A DNA stretch of 64,000 bases, from contig NC_083408.1 in NCBI RefSeq assembly GCF_020745735.1, forward strand, positions 84,226,484 through 84,290,483, in the 5' to 3' direction. Both the position numbers and the translations under genes were made by a program. Positions within the stretch are counted from its first letter, which is position 1. Each line of letters opens with the position of its first letter. Under the pieces are notes generated by a model. The model ran no database searches. It worked only from the letters and a program-made list of their open reading frames with translations, and was not told the origin of the DNA. Shown here in pieces: positions 12,034 through 25,329 of this stretch. Source of the DNA: Hemiscyllium ocellatum (taxonomy: Eukaryota).

Positions 12034-13297
12034 TGTGATGAAGAATATTACCAACCAACCTAAGTAAAATCCTTTCTGCTGTCTGAAATGGTGCAATGAC
12101 TTTAAGAGATGCATTTGTCCTTTTTGTTTGTTTGAAACATTGACACAGGAGTACAGAGCAGTCTGCTCCAAAGCCAATAAAGTAAACAGCTTTTGAAACC
12201 TTGGGATCTTTTTTTAAGTTGGAACAAGCGAAGCATCCTGAATGAGCAGAGTCAACTCCCACAAAAGCAGGGTTTTTTTACTTTTAGCCTTCAGAATCAG
12301 TTGCTGGGATCTTGAAACTGAAAATTTAAGCTCTTACTACTCTCTTTGTTTCAGCTAAAAGCTGGCATATTCTATTTTGATCAAAGCTGTGTTTATGGGA
12401 TATTACTATACTGGAACAGTTCATTAGCTGTAGTTAAGATATATAGTATTTTGTTAAGCATTTCAACAGCGTTACAGCTAAGTCAATGCTTTTATTTTTA
12501 TTTTATTTGTATTTTAATTATAGTGTACAAATAAAGTGTGTTTTGTTTCAAGCCTGGTAACTGGATCAATTGAATTGTACCTGGAACACAGCACCTTATA
12601 TTTACTTTTAAAATAAGAAAAATATATAATATCTTCTTAATATATTTTGATGGGGTTTGATCCGTTCCACAACAAAATGGGGTTTCTTGCCAGGATCAAA
12701 ATCTCTAATTCCAGGTTGGATTTAAGACTATTGTACTCAAAGTGATGAGTGTTGATGTTCTGTTTTTTTTGGGGGGGGTATTGAATTCAATTGGTTTAAA
12801 TAGGGCGTACCTCATGCAGTAATGGCTTTCAGTTCCCGAGAGTTTCCTGGGGATGGAAGAAGTCACTTCAGAAGTTTACAGAAAGTGAGCAAGCCAAAGG
12901 TTTAGAATAGACAGACAAGCTGAAATTGGCTTGCCTTTGTCCATGCGAGAAATGGAGGTAATTGAAGCAATAGCTCTGTATTTATGATTGCCAGAAATGC
13001 TGTTGGAATCATTGGAAAGAGTTAAATTCTGCTGCAAATGAAGCAGCTTAATCATGGAAAGGAAATGAAACAGTTTGAATTATGATTAAAAGCAGAGGAA
13101 AAAGAAAAGGAAATGAAAGGAGAAGAAAGGAAAAAAAAAAGAAAATTCTTGAACTTCACAGGTTGGAGCTGAAAACTCAAAAGTCAACTTAAAATGGCGG
13201 AAGTGGAAGTGAAGGGTAGGAGTAGTGATGAGGACAATGATGGTGATCAATCCCATTGTAGTCAAGGGCCTGGTGGGGATCTGTTTAACTATATCCT
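12034..13297 (+). mobile_element. Gypsy-type LTR retrotransposon remnant: LTR (about 12034-12674), PBS, degraded gag start
   Basis: TG...CA ends (TGTGATG...CACAACA), AATAAA at about 12530; directly followed by aaTGGGGTTTCTTGCCAGGAT, resembling a tRNA-Pro PBS (TGGGGGCTCGTCCGGGAT); disrupted E/K-rich coiled-coil frame from about 12822. Confidence 0.6.
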
Positions 13298-15659
13298 GAA
13301 AGTTGTGTTAACCATTTCCCCAGTGTTGGCCACACCTCTTAAAGTCATAGTATCATCACATATCATGATCCACAACGGGGAAAATGCAGATATCCAATAT
13401 CTAAATAGTAACTAAGTGGTACAGAACTTCAGTATTGCTGTAAAAAGACACAATCTGTTGCACATTTTGCACTCATCAGAACACTTCACAAGAATACAAA
13501 TTCAAGAGGAAACTACCATTGAAGAGAGACCAGATCAGTCAGGAAGTACCACCACAGTCAGTCAAGTGGTTCATTCAATTCCAGTCCAGGTGATCACCCA
13601 CTGCCAGCCTGGCACTTTGTCCTACCTGAATTCAGGGATCATTGCCTTTGAAGACCAGGCACTGATTCACTGTCAGTCCTGAAGTTTAAATATGATCAGC
13701 CCAGGGATTACGGGTAAGTCAGTCAGGGAGCTCTAGGGACATCAGTGCCGAGGGTCAGAAATGTTTTCTGTCATGAGACAAAATTGGAAATGGGAAAAAT
13801 TTGTTAAGGTCAGAATGGCAATGTGAATGTAACCTGTTCCTGTTATTAGTGGCATCAAGGACAACATTAATCCAACTCCTTAAAATAAAGGCCTAATCTT
13901 TTCATCAAGATTGTACATAGACTGAACTTTCTCTCCAGTTCATGATGTCCACACTCCTGCCCTTGCAACTTTCCATACTATCCTGTGATGTTCTCCTCCA
14001 CACTACTCAAGCTCTACAGGTACCTAATGATGTCCTTCCACTAAAACTTGTTTTTTCTGGCTCCATTATCAATATGCCTTCCACATCTCATATCTCTGGG
14101 CTGTTCTTATCGAGGTCTCCTCAACTCATTGTCTCTCTTCTATTCGCTAAGCTTTGTCCTGGTGACAGAAGCTGACTCTCACTCTAGCTGGCTGCAAGAA
14201 ATACATTCCAAAAATTATAATCTGATTGTGTTGCTAGGGTCAGCAGGACTTTACACGATAACATAAACTTTTCTCCTTAACCATCTCTATTCCTTCATTG
14301 CCTCGCTGTAAATATCAGGGCCTTATCTCCTTACTTTCCAGGTGGCCTGGAACATCTGCACCAGTTCAGCCTTCTCCATTGATATTACCAAATCATATAT
14401 TCAAACTAAATGTTCTTGTAATAGTGATGCACTATTTGTTGGTCTAACTAAATTTTTGCTTGTGTTAGTCTAGAAAGAGTTGCTTTGGGGTTGAGACTAG
14501 GAAAGGAGATTGTCAAAATAAGATTGGTTTGTTAGACTCTGTTGTTCATTGAATTCAAGTGTATAGCACCATTCAACAAAACCTTTTACAAGTATCTGAG
14601 TTTGTAGGGTAACTGAACTGCCTGACCAAACACAGGATATCTTATATTTATTCCATCCAATTATAGATGTATTGATCCATTGTGTCCATGCTAGAACCCA
14701 ATCTCGCCAAATACATTGTGATGTACTTTCCCCATATCCTTCCATTTTTTCTTCACATGTCAAATAGACTCCCAGCAGAATGTTTAAATCAGCATCAGCA
14801 TCCATACTATATTGAGGTCACCCTTTGTACAAGAAGTCCCTTCTTCAGTGTTTATTGTATTAACGTGAGTTTAAGCTAGTTTTTAATCACAACATTCACA
14901 ACACACCACAAACATAAATTGTAAGATTATAGGCTAACTACATCAATAGATGCAATGTTGCAAAAGCATGCTCAATTGATGGAAAACATATTTTTGTTAC
15001 TTGTACTGACAGATATCTTTTTTAAAGGTCAAATTTGAAACCATCTTGGTTTAACCTTCTGGCTTTGATTGTTTTCTTCCCAACGTAAGTTGACAAATGA
15101 AAGTTTCTGGTTGATAACATTGAAACACTGTTTGGGAACAAACAACTTTATTAATACTTCACAACTTTTCCAACAACAATATAACAGATATTTCTTATTT
15201 TTGGTCTGTTTCAATGTTCCCTCTGGATTATGAATTCATAACCTTAAACAAAATGCTCTAAAGTGTTCAGTTCATCTGATAAAATAGATAAGAATTTCAT
15301 CACACCATCTCAGTTACAATCTTACACATTTGTAATTGAACTATATGACACAGCAACTGGAATCATTGTATAGATTTTCATGTACAATGCCTGAGCAGTA
15401 ATCATTTGGAATGGATTGCATGCCTTTTAATCAAGCTGCCCAATTTTCTTCCAGGAGCAGAATGTCTCAACATCTGTCAGTTAATTTGCATTCAACACTT
15501 CTTATAACCTCAGGATGTCACATAATGTTTTATAGCCAATTAAGTAATTATAATGTGTCGACACGGTTGTATTGCAGGAAGCTCAGCATTCAATATGTGC
15601 ACAGCAAGGACCTGCAAACACAATCTGATAATTGCCGTAATGGTATGGCCATGTGCACT

Positions 15660-16125
15660 GGAACCATTCGGGATGTCTTCGGGTTGGTGCATTGCCATCG
15701 TGGGTCATTGGCCTCCAATATGAAAAGCAACCCTCCACCACCACTCTCTGTCTCCTACCGTCAAGTCAATTTTGTATCCAATTGACTAGGTCTTCCTGGA
15801 TCCCATTTGATCTAATTTTACTAACCAGTCTACGAACCTTGTCAAACACTTTGCTGAAGTTGATATAGATAATGTCTACCCCTCTGCCGTCAATCTTCTT
15901 TGTCACCTCTTCAAAAAACTCAATCAAGTTAGCGAGACATGATTTCCCACGCACAAATCCATGCTGACTATCATAATCAGTCCTTGCCCTTCCAAATGCA
16001 TGTAAATGCTTTCCCTCAGAAACCCACCACTGACTTAGGCTCACTGGTTTAAAGTTCCCTAGCTTTCCCTTACAGCCATTCTTAAATAATGGCACCACAT
16101 TACCCAACCTCCAATCTTCTGGAGT
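15660..16125 (-). mobile_element. CR1 RT fragment
   Basis: ORF 15766-16158: PEDWRLGNVVPLFK...SQHGFVRGKSCLANLIEFFEEVT...YINFSKVFDKV. Confidence 0.9.
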
Positions 16126-16624
16126 TTTTCTATCCATAAGCTCATATGATGTCATCATATTGGGTGGTGCTTGTGGAACTTCTCAGTATTAATCCTTTCA
16201 GATTTAGCTCATTTACAAAAACATTGTGCCAGGATTATGAATCCATCTGGCCCTGTGTGGTCCAATTTTCAGTTTTCAAGCAGCAACCAAAATCCATTCC
16301 TCAACAGGCAGAGAAGATGCTTTGAGTGCCTTAGAATTTTCATTCCTTCAGAAACACAACACCAGGTAGCTCAGCATCTGCAGCCTGATAGAAGCTTTCA
16401 GTGTTTCTGGATTAGTCTGCCATGGATCGATAGCAAAGAGTCATCGTACACAGTAATTATACTAGGATTTGTGACTCCCAAAAGTTAAACTTCATTCCTA
16501 AAGATTTTAGGAATTTCTCTTCTTCCAATAATCCCAATGGTGAACATGAACCATGCTAATAAAATCATTATGGGCAGTGGGACATTAGTCACTGGGACCT
16601 GATCTAGTTTTGTATAACCCAGGA

Positions 16625-16843
16625 GTAAAAAGTGAGGTCTGCAGATGCTGGAGATCAGAGCTGAAAATGTGTTGCTGGTTAAAGCACAGCAGGTCAGGCA
16701 GCGTCCAAGGAACAGGAAATTCGACGTTTCGGGCCAGAGCCCTTCATCAGGAATTCATCAGGCTCTGGCCTGAAACGTCGAATTTCCTGTTCCTTGGATG
16801 CTGCCTGACCTGCTGTGCTTTAACCAGCAACACATTTTCAGCC
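16625..16843. mobile_element. PLE family A fold-back mini-element
   Basis: About 82-bp inverted arms, 35-nt tail on the left only, perfect 15-bp TSD TTGTATAACCCAGGA at 16610-16624 and 16844-16858. Confidence 0.92.
16718..16755 (-). ncRNA. Intact minimal type-I hammerhead ribozyme motif (family A)
   Basis: Minus strand AATTC-CTGATGA-A-GGGC-TCTG-GCCC-GAAA-CG-TC-GAATT: 5-bp stem I, 4-bp stem II, GUC triplet. Confidence 0.82.
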
Positions 16844-16875
16844 TTGTATAACCCAGGACATTGTAGGAAGTTCAA

Positions 16876-17287
16876 GTAGAAATTGTGAGGCCCCGAGTGA
16901 GATATTTGTATCACCTATAACTGGGTGAGGTGCTGGCAGACTGAAAGGTGGCTAGTGTTGTGTGCTTTTATCTAAGAAAGGCTGTAAGGAGAAGCCTGAG
17001 AACTATAGGCCTGTGAGTCTGACATCAGTGGTGGGTAAATTGCTGGAGGTGATTCTGAGGATAAGGATAGGATTTACATGCATGTGGAGAGGCTAAGACT
17101 GATTAAGGATGGCCTTGTGTCAGAGAAATCATGTCTCACCAACTTGATTGAGTTTTTTGAGGAAGTAACCAAAAAGACTGATGAGGGTAGAGCAATAGAC
17201 ATTGTTTACAGAGATGTTAATAAAGCCTTTAACAAGATTCTGCACGCTAGACGAATTAATAAAGTTAGATCACATGGGATTCAGGAT
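16876..17287 (+). mobile_element. CR1 RT fragment
   Basis: PENYRPVSLTSVVGKLLE; KSCLTNLIEFFEEVTKK...NKAFNKI. Confidence 0.9.
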
Positions 17288-19494
17288 AACACTGTGGCCC
17301 TCAGAGTCTATAAATAATGTCACTAGTGTGATATGTGCAACTCCGAGGACCAGACACTCAGGGTGAAATTCTAGAAGAGAAACAGTTTGAAGTCAGCTAT
17401 TTGGGGATATTGCTCATAGACTGTGCAACAAGTTAAAAAACAATATTGATCTTCCAACTCCCAAATACTCTCCAATGTAACAGAAATACTGAGAGGATAA
17501 ATTTCTACTAAATGGATAATTCAAGTGACCAATTTGCTTGCTACTAATCAATGACTAATACAAATGAATTTCCATATACATTTATCAATTTGTCCATCAA
17601 TAAATATGGATCTTACAGAATCACAGAGTGTTTCACATATTCGTGAGTTTGGACATAGCTTTGTGAAATATGGCTTTTTATGTTGCAAAGCTCGAATAAA
17701 TATAAATCTCTAGGTTTTCCTTCATCACCTACATTGTAACTTTGGTAGTTATTTCAAAAGCCTTCCTGCTCAGCTGCAACTGTATTGCCTCTTGTTTATT
17801 TTCTCAGAGTCTAATTTTTAAAAAATTATTCTCACTATTTCTCAATAAAATTTCCGTAGCTTTTGATCTTTAAGTTTTCCACTTGCTTTCTCTCTTTCTA
17901 ATTGCCAACATTAAAGCTGAAAGAATGGGTTTTCAAAGGAGAAATAGTTGCTTACTTTAAAGGATCAATGAATCAGAATATGAATAGCACACTGAATAAT
18001 AATTAGTTAATTATTTTGTAAGTGATTTTATTGTTGTATCTGCAATGGGAATGTGCAGGCTGCTAAGTCATTTATTTCTGTTGGATCTAGCACTTAGCAA
18101 AGCACACACCATACACTATGACCAGTCAAGCTGAATTCATTTCAGAAATTATATATAACAAAAAGTTTACATAATTTATCTTTTAAGTTGATATTAGACA
18201 AATACATAAACATTTGTTTCTGAGCTAGTGAGAAAAGAAAATCGTCTGATATGCAAAACGTGCTGCCAACTCATCAGAGCAAATCTTCCAAGGAGTTATA
18301 TCCACTGTCATAATGCCATGCACTTGACTCTTACTTTTTTTTCCAAAGATGTGTCTCTGTATTTCTGGTTGGGACTTTTCTTTCATGTATTCATCTGGTT
18401 TGGCACCACAGGATAGGCCAGCATGTATTATGCGTCCCTCATTGCCTTAGAGATGATGGTAGTGAGCTGCCTTCTTGAACCACTGTAGTCCACATCACTA
18501 TTTTTAAGCCTGGCCACTTTAGAAATGCGCAGCCATCTTCCAACAGAGACCTTCTTTGATGCATAGGATCATTGGGTGGAAGTCAAGCTGTGCTCCTTTT
18601 TTTTGTAGCATTTGCTGCTGTTTTCTGGTACATCTTTAACCACTAACATGCCAAGAGGTTATGGTCCATTTAAGTAGCTTTGCAGTGTGTTTTTGAGTAA
18701 GATAATTGGGTTTGGTGGCAAATTCTAGAATGCGTACACTATGTCATGTAAGAATCAGAGTGGTATGGGTGTTGAAGTGGCACTGGCAGGAATTAAAATG
18801 GTTGTAGTGAGTCAGAGGGGAGATGGAGGACTAGAAGGGTGACAAAGAGTTGGACGTGGGTATAACGGCAGAGATGGACCAGAACTGCACAATGTACTGC
18901 AATGCCATCAGAAGCACATACCTGATGCCCAGATTATTAATTGTACTGGAGAGGGAGTGTCACTCTCACATACTCAGTCCTGGTTGGCCCTTGGCTATTT
19001 CCTCCTTCTAATTTTGTCTGATGCCCTGGTCCTGTGAGTCATGTCCTCAGGACGCTCAGGTTGTCTGACATGACAGTGAAAGAAACAATGGACTGGTCTG
19101 CCAAGTTTGCAAAGAACATGACCTCACTTTTGCCTCTCACTTTGACTCTTGATGTGAGTTCAAACAGTTCAGAGAAGTCCATCTGTCGATGACCTGATAG
19201 TGGATCCAAGCAGAAAACAGTTATGTCATCAAGGTACTGGCTGCCTGAGATTGTTACTTCTCTAAAGTTTACACCTTACTTGTTGGACTTGGCAGAGGGT
19301 TTTTCTTCTAAGCAAGGGACAGTGGAGGGAGGACACCCTTGCCTGACTCTATATTTCATCAGGAAACTTTGCAATTCCCATCCATTGATTACATCTGTGT
19401 TACTAATGTTTTTGTAGAATAATTGGATCAAATTGTAAAATGTCTTGCCCAAAAATCATTTCAGACACTTCATTGATGAGATACATATAGGATC

Positions 19495-19845
19495 TTGTCA
19501 ATTTGATTATTTGCCCATTATTCCAACTCTCTGTTTTCTGCCACTCAACCAATTTCCTATCCATGTCAATAATTTGTTGCCACTTCTGTGGGCTTCCAAC
19601 TTAGCTAAGAGTCCCTTGTGTTGGATCTTATCAAATACCTTCTGGATGTCCATAGAAACTATATCCATCGACTTACCTCTGTCAATCACCTTTTTCACTT
19701 CTTCAAAGAAATTCTATGAGATTAGTCAGGCATGACTTACCCTTCATTAATCTATGTTGACTGACCCTAATTAACTGAAATTCTATAAGGTGATCAGTTA
19801 CCCTATTGTTGATTATAAACTCCAAATATTTCCCCTCCATAGATA
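19495..19845 (-). mobile_element. CR1 RT fragment
   Basis: ORF 19507-19698: DIVSMDIQKVFDKIQHKGLL...WIGNWLSGRKQRVGI. Confidence 0.85.
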
Positions 19846-20933
19846 TCCCAGTTCATATTGATACCCACCCTCTACCTTGCACTTAACAATCATATGTATG
19901 AGTAACACAAGGCAATCAAAGATCTTCCTGAACATACAGAATTGGTCTGATCAGGATGGATCACAAACAGCAGAGTAGACTTGACCCTTAGTTAGGATTT
20001 CATAATTCATATTTAACAATGAAGTGGGCTACCACTTTTATTCCCTCACTCTGTCCTATTGTTGATAGATAAAGGTAATGCTGCATTTTTTTTCTGGGAA
20101 TTCCAACATGCTGCCAGCCAGTGTACTATTCGTGTGCACTTCCTGCAGATTGGGGCTAATGCAGTCAATATCACAAAATCAAGTACAACTGAGCCATAAG
20201 CCATTTCTTCTGAAAGTTTACTCATTTCAAAAGACGTGATGACTGTTGACAGATTGTCCAACATTAGCAGTTTGACTAAGCATTCCTACATGGTGTTATT
20301 AGGATCTCTGTGATAGGGAACAGGTTGGTTGGGCAGCTGTGCCTCCTGACATGGGCTTCATGCCAGGCAGCCTACACTGAAAACATATGCTGACACTTAG
20401 GACAGTATGCTATAATGATGCTATCAAGCCATCTTTTCCTTATCACGTTGTAGATCACAGACCTTCCTCTGCAAAGGTGTTTGAAGACAAAACATAAGCA
20501 TGCCTCATCCTCCTACATGGAATGGAGTTTGGACAGCAAAGTGTGAATGCTGCTGACTTTGTTACATACCTGACATCAACTGTCATTGATCCATCTGGAG
20601 TGAATTCTGTGTGCTTGCATGGATACACATAGATTTACTGCAGTGGAACGTTTTAATATAATATGTCTCTTATTAGGAGACAGTGACTACCACTCCTCAA
20701 CTTCAATGGCAGGGAATTTGCCTTCCTAGAGCAGATTACCATGGTCACTGAAACAGTATCATTCCTCCTGACTATATAGTTAGCCCATGAGACACCTTCA
20801 CAACATCAATTGTAGGTGACGAGGTGCAGTATTCAGCATTCCCTCAAAGAAAATCAGGCTATGTTTGAAGTTGGCAAAGTATCCCAATGTAGTGGCTTGA
20901 ACACTATATATATTAATGGAGACTACAATTATA

Positions 20934-21024
20934 GTCGAAAGTGTGATGCTGGAAAAGCACAGCAGGACAGGCAGCATCCTATGAGCAGGACAATCAATGT
21001 TTTGGGCATAAGCCCTTCATCAGC
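20934..21024 (-). mobile_element. PLE family A single-arm insert
   Basis: Ends at ...gcccttcatcag; diverged 19-bp TSD AATGGAGACTACAATTATA (20915-20933) / AATAGAGATTACCATTATA (21025-21043). Confidence 0.8.
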
Positions 21025-22361
21025 AATAGAGATTACCATTATATCCATTTAAACTGTGTAGAGACCTTTTTCTTTTCTTTTCTCTACCCTTGGATATACC
21101 TTTGGGTATGTTTGTAATGGCTTAAAAATTAGCAATGAAGAAGCTACAAACTCATGTCAGATTGATCCCAGGTAAACAATTAGCACCTTTAAAATGAGGT
21201 AGTGAATAACTGGTTGGGAATAGTATGGATATGGTTGAATTTTAGGCAAAATGTAAAAGCTCACAAACATTTAAGATATCTGAAATGTGATGTAATGGAA
21301 AACAAATAGTTAAGAATATTTAATGTAAGATGTAAATGGATATTTAGGTACTCTAGAGCTTAATTTGACATCTGATGGAGGTAAAAAGTAATGTGTGGAA
21401 AAGCAACCTCAAATGGTTAACAGAATTCCATGGCAAGCCAGATCTTCAGCATTTTTAATTTCCTTTTGTTACAACATGAAGAAAATATTAAACTCAGACA
21501 TTTCAGACTGGAATTGTTACCAAGCAATCAAGAGAAGGCTGCAGACCATTTTCTAATCTAGTGTAAAACTGATGTTCTTATTCATATAGTGATTTGATTA
21601 ATGTTAATGCAGAACATTATTAAAACAAGCATGTAATAGCAATTAATTTTAATTGTAAATTTGATTTTCATTGGGATCATCTGATGAAATATCTTCAGCA
21701 CATATTTATTTACTGCTCTTGGTATTGAAAAAATTTTTAATTCTAAAATTTTAATATTATAATTGTACAAATAAAATTTTCTTGAACCAACAGTAACATA
21801 TAATTGAACATACCTTGAGCATTTTTAGAAATATGATGATAATTCAAGCAATGTCAAACTGTTTTGATGCTTTTTGATTCATGTCTAAGAACCTGGTGTC
21901 TAGAGAAATATAAAGTGTATTGTGTTTGTTTTAATGCTATAAATAGTTCATGAAATACAAACTGTGAGATGGATTTAAGATATTGTTACTGCAGTATGAC
22001 TATGATAAAATAAAATGACAAGCTTTTTTTTATAAAGCATGGGAATATTGTACAAAGGGATTTGATTGATTAATGTATATATTGCAATTTCCTCATATTT
22101 GAATGCTTTTTGATGGTTAATATAAAAAAAACTACTATGAAATACTATACATATTGACAAATGCAGAACATCTCACCACAGGAGGCCATAACATTGTCAA
22201 ACCTATATGGTTATGCTTCCAAATTTACAGAAGGTTGATGCTTTACCTTTTAGAAAACCAAGTTGGAGAATAGCCAATTTATCTTGAAACAATATAGTCT
22301 GATGAACTTCCTTGTTGTTCTGAGGTTTAAATGGTTCATTATAGGTAGCTTGCATATTTTG

Positions 22362-22726
22362 GAAAAAAATATCCTCAGATCTTTCCTCTGTATGTTTTCA
22401 TCCATGATCCAAGCTGAGTTGGTCAAACAAGGTACCTGAATTGATGAGAGGGTAGTAGACCAATTTGCCCCTTTGCAAACTTTGAACATCAAAGTTGGGG
22501 CTAATGACACCATCCTCATTCATTCTGCCTATGAAATTGGAACTATTTTTCCATCTCTCTGGTTATCAATAATCTTCAACTTTTCAATATAGCCATGCTT
22601 TATCATTACAGTCAGGAATCTCACAATCACTTTCAAACATGGCTGGATGAGAAGCTTACATTTGACATGTCTCTCTGCAGTGTTGATACTGGTAAGGGCA
22701 TTGGCAAGATCATTCATGTGCACCAT
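22362..22726 (-). pseudogene. RPS15A: Processed pseudogene of 40S ribosomal protein S15a (uS8)
   Basis: [62 protein letters not shown] resembles the RPS15A N-terminus (MVRMNVLADALKSINNAEK...[31 protein letters not shown]); after frameshifts it continues GRMNEDGVISPNFDVQ, LLPSHQF, SAWIMD, KHT, IFF; no introns. Confidence 0.92.
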
Positions 22727-25329
22727 GATTTTGCTGAGTCAATATTGACGGCACGTATAGGTTAATCTGTTCAATGATGGACAGTAGCCTGCATGTCTGT
22801 TTTGGACATTAAAATGCAAATAATCTGTTTGAATATTTCCTTAAAGAGATATTAAAAATGCCACTGATATCTTCTGTGGAATCAACATCAAATGTTATCT
22901 ATCAATCTTCTATAGGTTTGCAAACATAACTACATGGATTTGACAATGGCCTCCTTTGGTGCGTTGTTTTGTATTGTCGATATTTGCAGTTTTTGGTAGC
23001 AGTTTTTTTTATATACCAAGCATTCAAATATAAAATACAATGACCATCCAGACTTAGTGGCTACAAAAAGAAATTTCACAAAAGAGAATGTGAAAGAAAG
23101 GCACTGTACTACAGGAGGATGCACATAGCTGAGTTTCAAACTCAATTGTATGCAAGTGTTCACATCATCAGGGAGCAATTTTGTGGACAATAGGAACATG
23201 AGCAAAATGGTTACATGACACAAACTAACATGTAGGAAACATTTGAGAGGAAATGCATCTTGAGAGTAAATACATCTTGAGTGATCTAGAAGACAGAGAC
23301 TGAAAAAGAAGCAATTATCTTCCCTTCACAGTAAAGGAAGAACCCTACCCAGAAATTAGTTCTTAGGCAGAGAAATAGAGCTATCCTCTTAACTGTCAAT
23401 TTACTGAACTAAGCCATGGGTTTATTGCAGGGTTTTGACAATAACTTGAACTGTAGTAAAACCAAAAACCTACAAGGACTAGCTGACCATGAATTCATCA
23501 CCAAGAACATTCAAACTCAATTTTCTTCAAAAAGAAATTGCCAAAATTTTCAGTTTACATCTCAAAATGCAGTAGTACCATAACTTTAGGGATCATTAAA
23601 ACCCTAACAGCATGATACTTCTTTAGCATTTACTTTTGATGGCATGTGTATGTCTTGTGTAAATAAGCAAGAGAGCTGTTGCAGTTAGATTTGGATATTA
23701 TGAATTAAACATTTTTTTTAAGTTATGACAAATACCCATTCAATAGCTGTTCTTGAGCGCCAAACACTCAAGGCATGAAGGCATTTCCTTAAACACATTT
23801 TGGCGTAGTTGGTTGAAAAGTGGGAAAAGAAGGGAAAACATCCAACTAAATCTCCATTGACAATCGCAACACTTACTTTTGCAAAAATGTGACCATCCTT
23901 AAAATCTCTACAGAAGTATAGGTTGCTTCTGTTTTAGTTGTACAACTGTGGGAAGTAAATTAAAAGCCAAGATTATGACAAATGTTTGAAATACATCCAA
24001 CAGTACAAGATAATAGTGAGATGCTGGCATATTGCCAGGAGACATCTATTGACAGAAAAACATTGGTTCAGTGGAAGGTGTTGTTTCTTGTGATATAATT
24101 TTAACTTCTAAGTGACCCTTGAATGAAACACTTTGAATGCCTTCAGGTTGGAGGGTATGTTCATTTAAAAGAATCAATGGAATTTGAGATGACCCACAGC
24201 TGAACTCTTTCTGAATAAAATGTTGGAAAAGAACCCATTGTTAGGAATGATCTGCATGACGTCATTTTTCAAATTAAACAGAAAAATTTGAATTGAAAAA
24301 CAACACAGCAATGAGTTTGGAATGGAGAGGAGGACATTTGGAATATGTCATTTATTTACGAAATATTTGACTGCAATTTTAATTGTTGCTCAAGTTAAGA
24401 AGCTGCTTGGCTCCTGTCTGACTGGAGCTCCGAGTACCTTGTTTAGGAGAAAGCTTTGTAATACCCAGAGTTGACATAAATAAGTCGAACTGTCTCCCAA
24501 AATCTAGAAACATAGACAGCAAGGAAACAGGATAGAAGAATCCAAGCATTCTAAACATTTAAAAGAAGATAGAGTATGTTTACAATAGCGCTGGTTCTAA
24601 CCATCAACAACGGGTGGGTGAGATTCTTCGGGCCAGTTAAAAATATGAAAGAAGGAATATAATCTCCACACATTGAGTGCATGTGTTTTACCATTTTTAG
24701 AGTAGTGAGTTTTGTGTCACGCAGGACACTTTAACATTGTTAAATCAGATCCCCTTTTTGGAATTAGGGGTCTGTTTCAATTTTACAGATGTTGCGTGGA
24801 ACATTACACCATAGGACATGGCAGTGAAATGGAGGTGGGAAATGCATTCTGCAGCATTCCTTGTGGGACTTCCCCTGTTTCCATTAAACTTCCTCCCTGC
24901 TGTATTGTCAGCCTATTTACTTACTTACAATCAATACCCCCAGAACCGTCCCAGTCACTAACTTAAACTCTCTTACAACTATTAACCCGCCAAACTCCCT
25001 TCTAACTTCATAGTTGCTACAATAGACAATCTATTCCCATATTCTGTTCCCTGTATTCTTCCTGTGATTGTCAACACTTCTCTCTCCAGGCTTCAATTTC
25101 TTGTCCCTTCAGCCTCCCGTTTGGTAACTGCGCTGTTAAAATGAAAATAAGTGAAAATACAAATAAGCTGGAAATCTTGATAACTACAACATTTGTTGTG
25201 ACATATTTCATTCCATCTAGTTAGAAAATGTTAGATTATAAAGTACAAAATCAAAAGGTTATTATGGAAAGATAAAGCAAAATCCTCCAAACTGTCAGAC
25301 TGTAGCTGAAATCAGCTATATAGATTATT

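Noticed and set aside
20046-20264. Second Harbinger transposase relic
   Set aside because: Only a vague DI.CIS...KC.R.V resemblance across a frameshift; too weak without a profile search
22529-22726. Functional RPS15A gene or exon
   Set aside because: Many non-conservative changes in a normally near-invariant protein, frameshifts, a premature stop and no introns
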